From Terriglobia bacterium (lineage in GTDB: Bacteria > Acidobacteriota > Terriglobia > Bryobacterales > Bryobacteraceae): a stretch of DNA of 64,000 bases. The stretch covers positions 19,021 through 83,020 of the forward strand of contig JAJPIT010000017.1 of assembly GCA_021324615.1 (NCBI GenBank), in the 5' to 3' direction. Below the pieces are notes generated by a model. It was not told the DNA's origin. It worked only from the letters and a program-made list of their open reading frames with translations, and did not search any database. Below, piece by piece: positions 18,209-27,022 of this stretch (position 1 is the first letter of the stretch; each line of letters opens with the position of its first letter). A program made the translations under genes and the position numbers.

Positions 18209-18286
18209 TGGGGCGGCTGGTGGGATTCGAACCCACGACATCCAGAACCACAATCTGGCGCTACTACCAACTGAGCTACAGCCGCC
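18209..18286 (-). tRNA. tRNA-His (anticodon GTG) with genomically encoded G-1 and 3' CCA
   Basis: The reverse complement reads GGCGGCTGTAGCTCAGTTGGTAGTAGCGCCAGATTGTGGTTCTGGATGTCGTGGGTTCGAATCCCACCAGCCGCCCCA. The anticodon stem is CCAGA/TCTGG with loop TTGTGGT, and the T-arm is GTGGG-TTCGAAT-CCCAC. An extra 5' G pairs with the discriminator C. Confidence 0.93.
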
Positions 18287-18302
18287 GCGTGCTTTCAGTT
18301 TA

Positions 18303-19742
18303 TCATTTCAGTCCGGCCCGCTTCCAAAGCTCATCGACGCGCCGCCGCACGTCTTCGCTCATCCGGATCACGCCGGGCCACGGCCGGCTAAATCCTTCCC
18401 CGGGCCACTTCCTGGTGGCGTCGACGCCCATTTTCGAGCCGAAATTCGGCAGGCGGCTCGAATGATCGAGAGAATCGACCGGCCCCAGCACAAACTGGAT
18501 ATCCCGCTCCGGGTCGATGTTGTTCAGCGCTTTCCAGGCCACTTCGCTCACATTCTGCACGTCCACGTCTTCATCCACCACCACGATGCACTTTGAAAAC
18601 ATCGCTTGTCCCAGACCCCAGATGGCGTGCATGACCTTGCGCGCCTGGCCCGGATAGGATTTGCGGATCGAAACCAGAATCAAGTTGTGAAAAATTCCTT
18701 CGGCCGGCATGCAGATATCGCGGATTTCCGGCAGTTGCAGGCGCATCAGCGGCAGAAAGATGCGCTCGATCGCCTTGCCCATGTAGAAATCCTCCATGGG
18801 CGGGGGACCCACGATGGTTGTCGCGTAGATCGGCTTTTTGCGATGCGTCACGCAGGTCAGATGAAACACCGGATAGTCGTCTTCGAGCGAATAAAATCCG
18901 GTGTGATCGCCGAAGGGACCCTCGCGGCGCAGCTCGCCCGCTTCGACATATCCTTCGAGCACGATCTCGGCCTGCGCCGGGACCTCCAGATCGACGGTTT
19001 CGCATTTGACCATCTCCACCGGCTGGCGGCGGAGGAAGCCGGCGATCATCATCTCGTCCAGATCGGGCGGCAGGGGCAGGATCGCCGAGTACATGGTGGC
19101 CGGATCAGCGCCGATCGCCACGGCGACGTCCATGCGTTTCTGCGGCGAGCGGCGGTAGTGCTCGGCGCCCTGTTTGTGGGTCTGCCAGTGCATGCCGGTG
19201 GTGCGGGCGTCGTAAACCTGCATGCGATAGCAGCCGCAATTTCTCTTTCCGGTATCCGGATTTTTGGAAAAAACCATCGGCAGGGTGATGAACCGCCCGC
19301 CGTCCTCGGGCCAGCACTTGAGAACCGGAAATTCGTCCAGCGAAAAATCCTCGCGCCGGATCACCTCCTTGCAGGGGCCGCCGGAAACCATTTTCGGAAA
19401 GAACGCGCCCATTTCGGCGAGCTTCGGCAGCATCTTCAATTTGCCGATCAGGCCCTCGGGCATCCGCATCTCAAGAAACTCCGATATGCGGCGCGCGATC
19501 TCGTCCACGGATTCGACTTCCAGCGCGAGCTCCATTCGCCTCATGCTGGCGAAGGCGTTGATCAGAACCGGGACGCTCGATCCTTTTGGCTTTTCGAACA
19601 GCAGCGCCGGGCCGCCCGATTTGACGCTGCGGTCAGCGAACTCGGCGATTTCCAGTTCCGGATCGACCTCAAACGAGATTCGCTTCAGCTCTTTTGCTTT
19701 TTCGAGCGCGTGAACGAACTCGCGCAGGTCCTCGTAAGCCAT
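18303..19742 (-). CDS. UbiD-family (prenyl-FMN dependent) decarboxylase
   Basis: From the internal Met, MAYEDLREFVHALEKAKELKRISFEVDPELEIAEF is a classic UbiD N-terminus and gives 479 aa. The longer ORF to 20180 would run antisense through fabG. Confidence 0.85.
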   Translation of the reverse strand: MAYEDLREFVHALEKAKELKRISFEVDPELEIAEFADRSVKSGGPALLFEKPKGSSVPVLINAFASMRRMELALEVESVDEIARRISEFLEMRMPEGLIGKLKMLPKLAEMGAFFPKMVSGGPCKEVIRREDFSLDEFPVLKCWPEDGGRFITLPMVFSKNPDTGKRNCGCYRMQVYDARTTGMHWQTHKQGAEHYRRSPQKRMDVAVAIGADPATMYSAILPLPPDLDEMMIAGFLRRQPVEMVKCETVDLEVPAQAEIVLEGYVEAGELRREGPFGDHTGFYSLEDDYPVFHLTCVTHRKKPIYATTIVGPPPMEDFYMGKAIERIFLPLMRLQLPEIRDICMPAEGIFHNLILVSIRKSYPGQARKVMHAIWGLGQAMFSKCIVVVDEDVDVQNVSEVAWKALNNIDPERDIQFVLGPVDSLDHSSRLPNFGSKMGVDATRKWPGEGFSRPWPGVIRMSEDVRRRVDELWKRAGLK

Positions 19743-19752
19743 AATTTCTACT

Positions 19753-20463
19753 ATGACAAACAGGACCGCATTGGTTACGGGCGCAAGCCGCGGCATCGGG
19801 TTGGCGTGTGCGCAGGCGCTGGCCGCATCCGGCGCCAAAGTCGTGCTGGCGGCGCGGGATTGCGCCAAACTTGAAGCCGCGGCGGCGGGGATTCCCGGCG
19901 CGAGCTGGGTGGAGTTGGATCTCGCCTCGCCCGAATCGATCAGGGCCGCGTTCGCCAAAGCCGGACGCGTCGATATTCTGGTCAACAACGCCGCCATCAC
20001 CAAAGACGGCCTGGCGCTGCGAATGAAAAAAGAGGACTGGGACGGCGTCATCGCCACCAATCTCACCGGAGCTTTTCTCGCCATCCAGCAAGTGCTGCCG
20101 GGCATGATGAAGGAGCGCTGGGGACGCATCATCAACATTTCTTCGGTCGTCGGCCAGGCGGGAAACGCGGGGCAGGCCAACTACGCCGCCTCCAAAGCGG
20201 GCTTGATCGGGATCACCAAATCGCTCGCTCAGGAGATGGGGAGCCGCAACATTACCGTGAACGCTGTCGCGCCGGGATTTATCGAGACCGATATGACCGC
20301 CGCGCTGTCCGATGAGTTGAAATCGGCGATGCTCGCCCGGGTTCCCTTGAAGAGATTCGGCGCGGCCGGCGAGGTGGCCGCGGCGGTGCGCTTTCTGGCG
20401 AGCGAAGAGGCGGGTTATATCACGGGCCACGTGTTGAATGTCAATGGCGGGATGTACATGTAG
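19753..20463 (+). CDS. fabG: 3-oxoacyl-[ACP] reductase FabG (SDR)
   Basis: Contains TGASRGIG, NNAAIT, the catalytic YAASKAG and the C-terminal GHVLNVNGGMYM. Confidence 0.88.
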   Translation: MTNRTALVTGASRGIGLACAQALAASGAKVVLAARDCAKLEAAAAGIPGASWVELDLASPESIRAAFAKAGRVDILVNNAAITKDGLALRMKKEDWDGVIATNLTGAFLAIQQVLPGMMKERWGRIINISSVVGQAGNAGQANYAASKAGLIGITKSLAQEMGSRNITVNAVAPGFIETDMTAALSDELKSAMLARVPLKRFGAAGEVAAAVRFLASEEAGYITGHVLNVNGGMYM

Positions 20464-20486
20464 GCGCCGCGCGGGACTCGGTTAGA

Positions 20487-21881
20487 ATGAAGCCGATGCG
20501 TCGATCCATTTTTGGCCTTTTTGCCGCGGCGGTCCTGGCGCATGCGGCCAATCCCACGGCGGACCTGCTGGTGGAGCTGATTCGCGTCGACACCAGCAAT
20601 CCGCCGGGCAACGAGAACAAACTGGATGAGCTGCTGGCGGCGAAGCTGCGGCCGCTGGGCTTCGACGTCGAAATTTTTCCCACGCCCCAGCCCGGCAAAA
20701 CGCACATGATCGCGCGCCTCAAAGGCGACGGCAGCGCGAAGCCGGTGCTGATCGCCGCGCATGCCGATGTGGTCGGCGTGGAGCGCGACAAGTGGACCGT
20801 CGATCCTTTCGCCGGCGTGATCAAGGACGGCTATGTCTACGGCCGCGGCGCGATTGATTTCAAGGGCGGCGTCGCGGTCTTCGCCGAAGCCGTGATGCGT
20901 CTGGCGCGCAACAAAATTCCGCTCAAGCGGGATGTGATTTTTATGGTCGAGGCCGACGAGGAAGGCATGCCGCTCAACACTTCGTGGCTGGCGCAATCGC
21001 ACTGGGACAAGATGGACTGCGAGTTCGCCCTCAACGAAGGCGGCTGGATCATGAAGCGTCCCGACGGCAGGGTGCGCTACGTCAGCATTTCGACCGCGGA
21101 CAAATCCTCGATATCGCTGGTGATGACGGCGCACGGGACTTCGACTCATTCCTCGATGCCGCGCCCGGATCAGGCGATTTTCCGGTTATCCAAGGCGCTG
21201 GCGCGGCTGGCCGACTATGAAACCAAGCCCGAACTGATCCCCAGCACGCGGCAGTTCTTTGCGACCCTGGCCGAAACCAGCGAGCCGCCGATGTCCCGCT
21301 ATTTCGACGATCTGGTCCACAGCAAGGATCCGGCGGCGGTGGCGCGCGCGGACCGCGAAATCAGCAAGGACCCGCTGCTGCACGCGATCATGCGCAACAC
21401 CATCGCGCCGGTGCTGCTGAATGCGGGTTTCCGCAGCAACGTGATTCCCGGCTCGGCCGAGGCGACCATCAATATTCGCGCGATCCCCGGCACCACCGCC
21501 GCGGATTTGGCCGCCGAGTTGAAGAAAGTGATCGCGGATCCGAACGTGGATATCGCGCTGCCGCGCGCCGGCGCCCGCGGCGTGTTGATGGAGCGCTCCG
21601 CCCGCGAATCGGGCACGGATACGGCGCTTTATCGATCCCTGGTTGACAGCGCCGGCAAGGTCTGGCCGGGCGTGCCGGTGACGCCTTATTTATTTCAAGC
21701 CGGCACGGACGCGTCAGCATGGCGAAATCGCGGCGTGCCGGTATACGGCATTTATCCGTATCCGATCAGCGACGACGATCTGAGCCGCATGCACGGCAAC
21801 GACGAGCGCGTGGCGGTCGACTCGCTGGATCAGGGAACCAATTTCGTTTACGACACACTGTTGCGAGTCGCCGCCAAATGA
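20487..21881 (+). CDS. secreted M20-family metallopeptidase
   Basis: Signal peptide MKPMRRSIFGLFAAAVLAHA. M20 motifs LIAAHADVV, GRGAIDFKGG and EADEEG are present. Confidence 0.8.
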   Translation: MKPMRRSIFGLFAAAVLAHAANPTADLLVELIRVDTSNPPGNENKLDELLAAKLRPLGFDVEIFPTPQPGKTHMIARLKGDGSAKPVLIAAHADVVGVERDKWTVDPFAGVIKDGYVYGRGAIDFKGGVAVFAEAVMRLARNKIPLKRDVIFMVEADEEGMPLNTSWLAQSHWDKMDCEFALNEGGWIMKRPDGRVRYVSISTADKSSISLVMTAHGTSTHSSMPRPDQAIFRLSKALARLADYETKPELIPSTRQFFATLAETSEPPMSRYFDDLVHSKDPAAVARADREISKDPLLHAIMRNTIAPVLLNAGFRSNVIPGSAEATINIRAIPGTTAADLAAELKKVIADPNVDIALPRAGARGVLMERSARESGTDTALYRSLVDSAGKVWPGVPVTPYLFQAGTDASAWRNRGVPVYGIYPYPISDDDLSRMHGNDERVAVDSLDQGTNFVYDTLLRVAAK

Positions 21882-21904
21882 GTTTTTGGAGGGGGGCGCC
21901 CCGC

Positions 21905-22969
21905 TCAGCGCATCGCGATGGAGGCCACGATCAACCCGCGCTCGCGCCCGTCGGAGGCGTCGGGAGGCAAACTCTTATCGAGCGAAAACTTTAAAATCGC
22001 GGCCCCCCGCGGCAAGGACCGGGTCAGGGTGTGCATTCCTTCGCGATCGAAGAAGGCCGGCTCCAGCGCGCCGGATTCGGTCGCCATCGCCATGGTCACC
22101 GGACCGGCGCGCTCCAGCAGCTCCGGCGGAATATAAATCTCCATGGCGATGCTTTGGCCGGCGGGCCGCAGGGCGAACACCCGTTCGGTCCACCGCCATC
22201 CGCCGGGCTCCGGCTGGTGCCATCCCGAAACCAGTTCCACCTCGGCCAGGCCGTACCGGCTGCGCAGCAGGCAGAAGCGGCGCTCATCGCGGTCCAGGCT
22301 GGTGGCGTCGGAATCGGCCGTATCGCCCAGACTGAACTCGCTCACCACGCGCCATCCGCTCCGCTCGACCACGCGACTCAATCCGGCTTCGGAAAAGATC
22401 CAGAAATTCGAATTGTCGTGATTCAGCTCATCGGCGTCCAGCAGATAGGCGCAGGCGGCATCTGCCGGAACGCGCCCGATTTTCGGGAATTTACGCGCGA
22501 TTCTGGTGCTGAGGATGCAATAATGGGCTGCCGCGGCGGCGTTTTCCAGCACGTAGAAGGGATTTTTCAGATGGTAAAGCACGCCGAGCAGCAGGCACAC
22601 TCCGAAGCGCCGCTCGAATTTGGGAAAATGCGCGTCGAGGTCGGCCTCCCGCAAATCGATCTGAGAACCGAGCAGGCGCCGCAGCAGCCGGACGCCGCGC
22701 ATCCCGTTGTGATTGGGCCCGGGATGATCGACCGCGGTCACCGCGTAGCCGAGCGACTCGAAGTAGAACGACAGATCGCCGTCGCCGCAGCCCAGATCGA
22801 GCACGCCGTGCTGGCGCGCCGCGGCCTGGACTTGTTCGCTCCAGAATGCGTCGATATGCGCCAGATTGCTGAGGGAATCGTAGCGATACCATTCAAAGCC
22901 GGCGCCGGATCCGGCTTTGGCGCGGCGAAGCCGCTCCCGGAACTCCATTGGGGGCTGCGCCGCCTTCAT
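21905..22969 (-). CDS. class I SAM-dependent methyltransferase with an uncharacterised C-terminal domain of about 170 aa
   Basis: Motif I is VLDLGCGDGDLSFYFESLGYAVTAVD. The start is taken at MKAAQPPMEF (ATG 22969), which forms an ATGA overlap with the pxpA stop. The longest ORF goes to 23098. Confidence 0.72.
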   Translation of the reverse strand: MKAAQPPMEFRERLRRAKAGSGAGFEWYRYDSLSNLAHIDAFWSEQVQAAARQHGVLDLGCGDGDLSFYFESLGYAVTAVDHPGPNHNGMRGVRLLRRLLGSQIDLREADLDAHFPKFERRFGVCLLLGVLYHLKNPFYVLENAAAAAHYCILSTRIARKFPKIGRVPADAACAYLLDADELNHDNSNFWIFSEAGLSRVVERSGWRVVSEFSLGDTADSDATSLDRDERRFCLLRSRYGLAEVELVSGWHQPEPGGWRWTERVFALRPAGQSIAMEIYIPPELLERAGPVTMAMATESGALEPAFFDREGMHTLTRSLPRGAAILKFSLDKSLPPDASDGRERGLIVASIAMR

Positions 22970-23757
22970 GGGATCCTGGAGCCCGCCGGGGTCCGGCCGC
23001 CGCCCGCCAGCGGGCGCAGCAGGACGCCGTTTTGCCGAAGCTTGCGGGCCACCGCCGCGGCGATTCCGGGAGCCCCCGGTGTGTCGCCGTGAATGCAAAT
23101 CGTGTCCGCGCGAAGCTCCAGCTTCGATCCGGAGACGGCGGTGGCGCCTTCCCCGCGGGCGATCCGCAGCGCCTGTTCGGCGGCCTGCTCCGGATCGCGG
23201 ATGAGCGCGTCGTCGAAGTTGCGGGACCGCAGCGTGCCGTCGGCCTCATAGCGCCGGTCGGCGAAGGACTCCGCCGCGGCGCGAAAACCGGCGTCCCGGA
23301 AGGCCTCCAGCATCGGCGAGCCGGCCAGCCCCACCAGCACCAGATCCCGGCTAAACCGCGCCACCCCGCGGGCGATGGCGCGCGCCAGTTCCGGCCGGTT
23401 CACCGCGTCGTTGTACAGCATCCCATGCGGCTTGACGTGAACCAACTCCGCTGCCGATGACGACGCCGCCTGAGCCAGCGCGCGCACCTGCTCGAACACC
23501 GTGCGCTCGATCTCCTCCAGCGGCAGATTCAGGCTCCGGCGTCCGAAGTTCTCGCGGTCCGGATATCCGGGATGCGCGCCGATTGCCAGGTTCCAGCGCC
23601 GCGCCTGCTCGATGGTGGCCTTCATCGTATTCTCGTCCCCGGCATGGCCGCCGCAGGCGATATTCACGCTGGTGATCGAAGGCATCAGCGACTCCTGCGT
23701 GCCGTCGGCGATCTGCTCCGGTATTTCGCCCATATCGCAATTCAAGTCGATGTGCAT
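22966..23757 (-). CDS. pxpA: LamB/YcsF-family protein (5-oxoprolinase subunit A homologue, PxpA) with no adjacent pxpB/pxpC
   Basis: MHIDLNCDMGE at the N-terminus, plus NIACGGHAGD and GAHPGYPD motifs. 263 aa. Confidence 0.82.
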   Translation of the reverse strand: MHIDLNCDMGEIPEQIADGTQESLMPSITSVNIACGGHAGDENTMKATIEQARRWNLAIGAHPGYPDRENFGRRSLNLPLEEIERTVFEQVRALAQAASSSAAELVHVKPHGMLYNDAVNRPELARAIARGVARFSRDLVLVGLAGSPMLEAFRDAGFRAAAESFADRRYEADGTLRSRNFDDALIRDPEQAAEQALRIARGEGATAVSGSKLELRADTICIHGDTPGAPGIAAAVARKLRQNGVLLRPLAGGGRTPAGSRIP

Positions 23758-23795
23758 AGCTGTATTGTCCCGCGCCGGCCGCCGGGTCTGCCGCG

Positions 23796-25988
23796 CTAGG
23801 GGCGGGTTGCCAACAGCTCCCTGCGGTCGACGTGTTCGCCTTTGAAGAACACCGCGGAGATCCGTTCGGTGGAGGAAATATCTTTCAGCGGATTGCCGTC
23901 CACCAGCAGCAGGCTCGCCTCGTATCCTTGGCGGATCAGCCCGATTCGATGGGCGGCGCCGAGCAACTTCGCGTTGTTGTACGTCGCCGCCTGGAGTGCC
24001 ATCGCCGGCGGCACTCCCGCCTCCACCCAGAGCTGCAGCTCGCGATGAATTCCCGGCCCGTGGATCACCTGCGGATTGCCCGCGTCCGTGCCCGCCGCCA
24101 GCATCACGCCGGCTCTCATCGCCGCCGCCAGATTCTGCTTGGCCAGATCGAGCGAAAACACCCAGCCGCGGAACCGGTCCTGCGAATTTCCCTCCGCGAC
24201 GATCTTTTTGGTATCCGCCAGCAGCTTCGGCGGAGCCACCTGCTGCACGAGTGAACGCTCCAGGGGATCGGTCTTGTGCCGCACGTAATCGCTGTAAGCC
24301 TCCACCACCGTCAGGGTCGGATCGTAGGCCGTGCCGTTCTGCTTCATCCGCTCGAACAGCGCTGGCGGAATCGCGTCGCGCATGGACCCGTGCTCTATGC
24401 CGTCCACGCCGGCATCGACCGCATCGGCGACGTCTTTTGAGTCCCCGGTGTGGCAGACGACCGGCAGCTTGTCGGCGCGCGCCTCCGCCGCAATCGCGCG
24501 CAGCAGCGCGGGATCGAGCCGCGGGATGCGGCCGTCCGGCCCGCCCTCCAGAATCGCCTTGATCCCGTCCACGCCGAGTTTCTTCAACTCATCCACCTGC
24601 GCCCGGGCCTCTTCCGGCGTCTTCGGCAGCCGCACTGTCTGCGCCTGGAACTGCGCCTGAAGCTCCTTCGGCAGATACTGCGCGTATTCGGTGCCGTGCC
24701 CGCCCGGTGCGGTGAACATGGGACCGACGGCGAACAGCTCCGCGCCTTCCTTTTCGCCCGAGGCCAGCGCCGCCCGGTCCTTCAACATCAGGTCGGTCTC
24801 GTCTCCCACGCTTTTCACCGCCGTCACGCCGCTGTAAAGATACGCCGCCAGCTCGCGAAAAATGTAGTCGCCCTGCGAGGTCCAGTCCTTGGCATCCGCG
24901 TAGAATCCGCCGGGCGAGCCCAGGTGCACGTGCACGTCGATCAGGCCCGGAAGCAGCGTTTTCCCCGCCCCGTCGATCGATTCGGCGTTCAGGCTTTTCG
25001 CATCGGGCGCGGCGCCCGTGAAAATTTCCGCGATTTTCCCGTGCCGGATCAGCACCGAGCCTTGTTCGATCACCGTGCCGTCGCCGGTGAACAGCCGCGC
25101 GTCGTGGATCAGATAGCTGCGGTCGCGCTCGATCTGGCGTTCGAGAATCTGGCCCTTGACCACGTTGTTCTTGGCGTGAAGCTGCCAGGCGCCCATCACG
25201 AAGAACGGCGCAAGCACCGCCGCCAGCCACAGCTTCGAGGAGGCGCGCATCTTTTCTTCCTTCTCCCAGCGGAATAACTTCACCGCCAGAAACGTTCCGA
25301 GAAGGGCGGTGACTGCCAGAATTGCGGCCGCTTCGAGATTGGCTGTAAAATCCTCGTGATTTTCCAGCATTCCCGTCAACCCGGTGGTGAGGTATGTGGT
25401 GGGGATGAACTGCGCGACTTGCTGAAGCCAGTCCGGCATGGTGCCCAACGGAAAGGTGGCGCCGCCCAGAAACAGCATCGGGAAATAGAGGATCTGCACG
25501 AGAATCTGGCTCTCCTGCATGGAGTTCGCGATCGCGCCCACGATTCCTCCAATCGCCCGGAACGCCAGCAGGCCCAGCAGCACGAACGCCAGCAGCGACC
25601 AGGGATGATCGAGCGGCGGCATGTGATACATCACCCGCGCAAGCAGCAAAACCAGAAACGTCACCGGCACGTAGTGCACCAGTCCGGTCACCAGTTGGCC
25701 CACCAGAATCGGGGCCGGCGAGATCGGGGCGACCTTGAATCGCCGCAATATACTCTGCTCGCGGTCCTGCACGCTCCGCATCCCCGCGCCAAACAGCCCT
25801 GACGCCAAAATTCCGAGCGAAAGCACCATGTTCACCACGGTAACGATCACGCCGCCGCGCTCGGCGTGCAGCAGCGTTCCGAAGATGAAAAAGAAGATCA
25901 GCGGGAAGATGTAGTTGAAGAACAGCACGGTGCGGTCGCGCATGGTCAGGCGCAGGTTGGCTTGAATCATCGCCAGATAGGGTTTCAT
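23796..25988 (-). CDS. fusion protein: ABC-2-type transporter permease (N-terminal about 260 aa) plus metal-dependent amidohydrolase (C-terminal about 440 aa)
   Basis: The N-terminus MKPYLAMIQANLRLTMRDRTVLFFNYIFPLIFFFIFG and six hydrophobic segments indicate an ABC-2 permease. One further TM follows (LWLAAVLAPFFVMGAWQL). The rest carries amidohydrolase motifs: LLPGLIDVHVHLG, GIEHGS and AAGTDAGNP. Confidence 0.8.
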   Translation of the reverse strand: MKPYLAMIQANLRLTMRDRTVLFFNYIFPLIFFFIFGTLLHAERGGVIVTVVNMVLSLGILASGLFGAGMRSVQDREQSILRRFKVAPISPAPILVGQLVTGLVHYVPVTFLVLLLARVMYHMPPLDHPWSLLAFVLLGLLAFRAIGGIVGAIANSMQESQILVQILYFPMLFLGGATFPLGTMPDWLQQVAQFIPTTYLTTGLTGMLENHEDFTANLEAAAILAVTALLGTFLAVKLFRWEKEEKMRASSKLWLAAVLAPFFVMGAWQLHAKNNVVKGQILERQIERDRSYLIHDARLFTGDGTVIEQGSVLIRHGKIAEIFTGAAPDAKSLNAESIDGAGKTLLPGLIDVHVHLGSPGGFYADAKDWTSQGDYIFRELAAYLYSGVTAVKSVGDETDLMLKDRAALASGEKEGAELFAVGPMFTAPGGHGTEYAQYLPKELQAQFQAQTVRLPKTPEEARAQVDELKKLGVDGIKAILEGGPDGRIPRLDPALLRAIAAEARADKLPVVCHTGDSKDVADAVDAGVDGIEHGSMRDAIPPALFERMKQNGTAYDPTLTVVEAYSDYVRHKTDPLERSLVQQVAPPKLLADTKKIVAEGNSQDRFRGWVFSLDLAKQNLAAAMRAGVMLAAGTDAGNPQVIHGPGIHRELQLWVEAGVPPAMALQAATYNNAKLLGAAHRIGLIRQGYEASLLLVDGNPLKDISSTERISAVFFKGEHVDRRELLATRP

Positions 25989-25991
25989 GGG

Positions 25992-26954
25992 CTACTCCCT
26001 CAACCGTTTTCCGGTCAGTTCGATGAAGACATCCTCCAGCGTCGGACGCTTCAGGTGAATATCTTCGAGATCAAGGCCGTTCTGATCGATCCACTTGACC
26101 AGCTCCGGCAGGGTTCGAGCCGGGCGCGTGGAGTACACGGTAAGGGTCCGAGCTCCGCCGCCGAGCACGCTCCGGTCGGCGGCCTCAAACCTTGGCACCT
26201 CGGCCGGCATCGGCTGCGCGGTGGCGATTTCGATCCGCGATGTTCCGAGCGTGCGCGATTGAATTTCGCGCGGCGACCCCAGCGCGATGATCTTTCCCTG
26301 ATCGATGATGGCCACGCGGTCGCATAACCGCTCGGCTTCCTCGATGTAGTGGGTGGTGAGCAGGATGGTCCGCCGGGCGTCGCGCAGCTCCGCGATCAGG
26401 CTGTGAATTTCCAGGCGCACCTGCGGATCGAGACCTGTGGTCGGCTCATCCAGAAACAGCAGCGAAGGGTCGTTCACCAGGGCCAGCGCCAGAGCCACGC
26501 GCTGCTTCTGGCCTCCGGATAATTTCGAGTAGTACTCGTTGCGCTTTTCGGTCAATTGCAGGCGCGCCAGGAGCTTGCCGGGGTCCGCCGCGCGCGAATA
26601 AAACGAGGAAAATAATGCCAGCGCTTCGCGGACCGTGATTTTATCGGGCAGGTTGGTGGATTGCAGGCAGACCCCGATGCGGTCCTTGACCGCGCGCGAA
26701 TCGGTTGCCGGATCGTAACCGAGCACGCGCACTTCTCCGCCGCTGCGCGGGCGCAGACCTTCGAGAATTTCCACTGTGGTCGTTTTTCCCGCTCCGTTGG
26801 GTCCCAGCAGCCCGAAGACTTCGCCTGTATTGACCTCGAAGTCGATGCCGCGAACGGCCTGAAAATCGCCGTACGATTTTTGCAACCCCGCCACGCGAAT
26901 CGCGCATTCCATGGCTTTCATTTTAGCCGCGGGCCCTGGCGCAATCTGCGCCAA
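25992..26954 (-). CDS. ABC transporter ATP-binding protein (ABC-2/DrrA-like)
   Basis: Walker A GPNGAGKTTT, signature LSGGQKQRVALA and Walker B LLFLDEPTTGLD. It ends 3 nt before the permease start. The true start may be ATG 26921 or 26912. Confidence 0.9.
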   Translation of the reverse strand: MAQIAPGPAAKMKAMECAIRVAGLQKSYGDFQAVRGIDFEVNTGEVFGLLGPNGAGKTTTVEILEGLRPRSGGEVRVLGYDPATDSRAVKDRIGVCLQSTNLPDKITVREALALFSSFYSRAADPGKLLARLQLTEKRNEYYSKLSGGQKQRVALALALVNDPSLLFLDEPTTGLDPQVRLEIHSLIAELRDARRTILLTTHYIEEAERLCDRVAIIDQGKIIALGSPREIQSRTLGTSRIEIATAQPMPAEVPRFEAADRSVLGGGARTLTVYSTRPARTLPELVKWIDQNGLDLEDIHLKRPTLEDVFIELTGKRLRE

Positions 26955-27022
26955 ACCGGCAAGTTGCGGAAGGAGACGGACGAACGGCCGAAGCGGAGCG
27001 TAAATGCGTGTTTCGGCTCGCG

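Noticed and set aside
18303-20180. Longest-ORF N-terminal extensions of the ubiD-family gene (to 20180), fabD (to 32242), dinB (to 57866), ygfZ-like (to 36063), ybaK (to 56309), the methyltransferases (to 2690 and 23098), the OMP gene (to 29403), the PspC gene (to 41161) and the MscS gene (from 40995).
   Set aside because: The extensions overlap neighbouring well-supported genes and are Arg/Ala/Gly-rich. The family-typical N-termini begin at internal start codons, several of which form ATGA/GTGA overlaps or follow -10 or SD signals.
21882-21904. GGGGGCGCCCC palindrome between the convergent M20 peptidase and methyltransferase genes as a bidirectional terminator.
   Set aside because: The stem is only about 4 bp with a 3-nt loop. 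The T-run precedes rather than follows it on the plus strand, and there is no U-tract on the minus strand.
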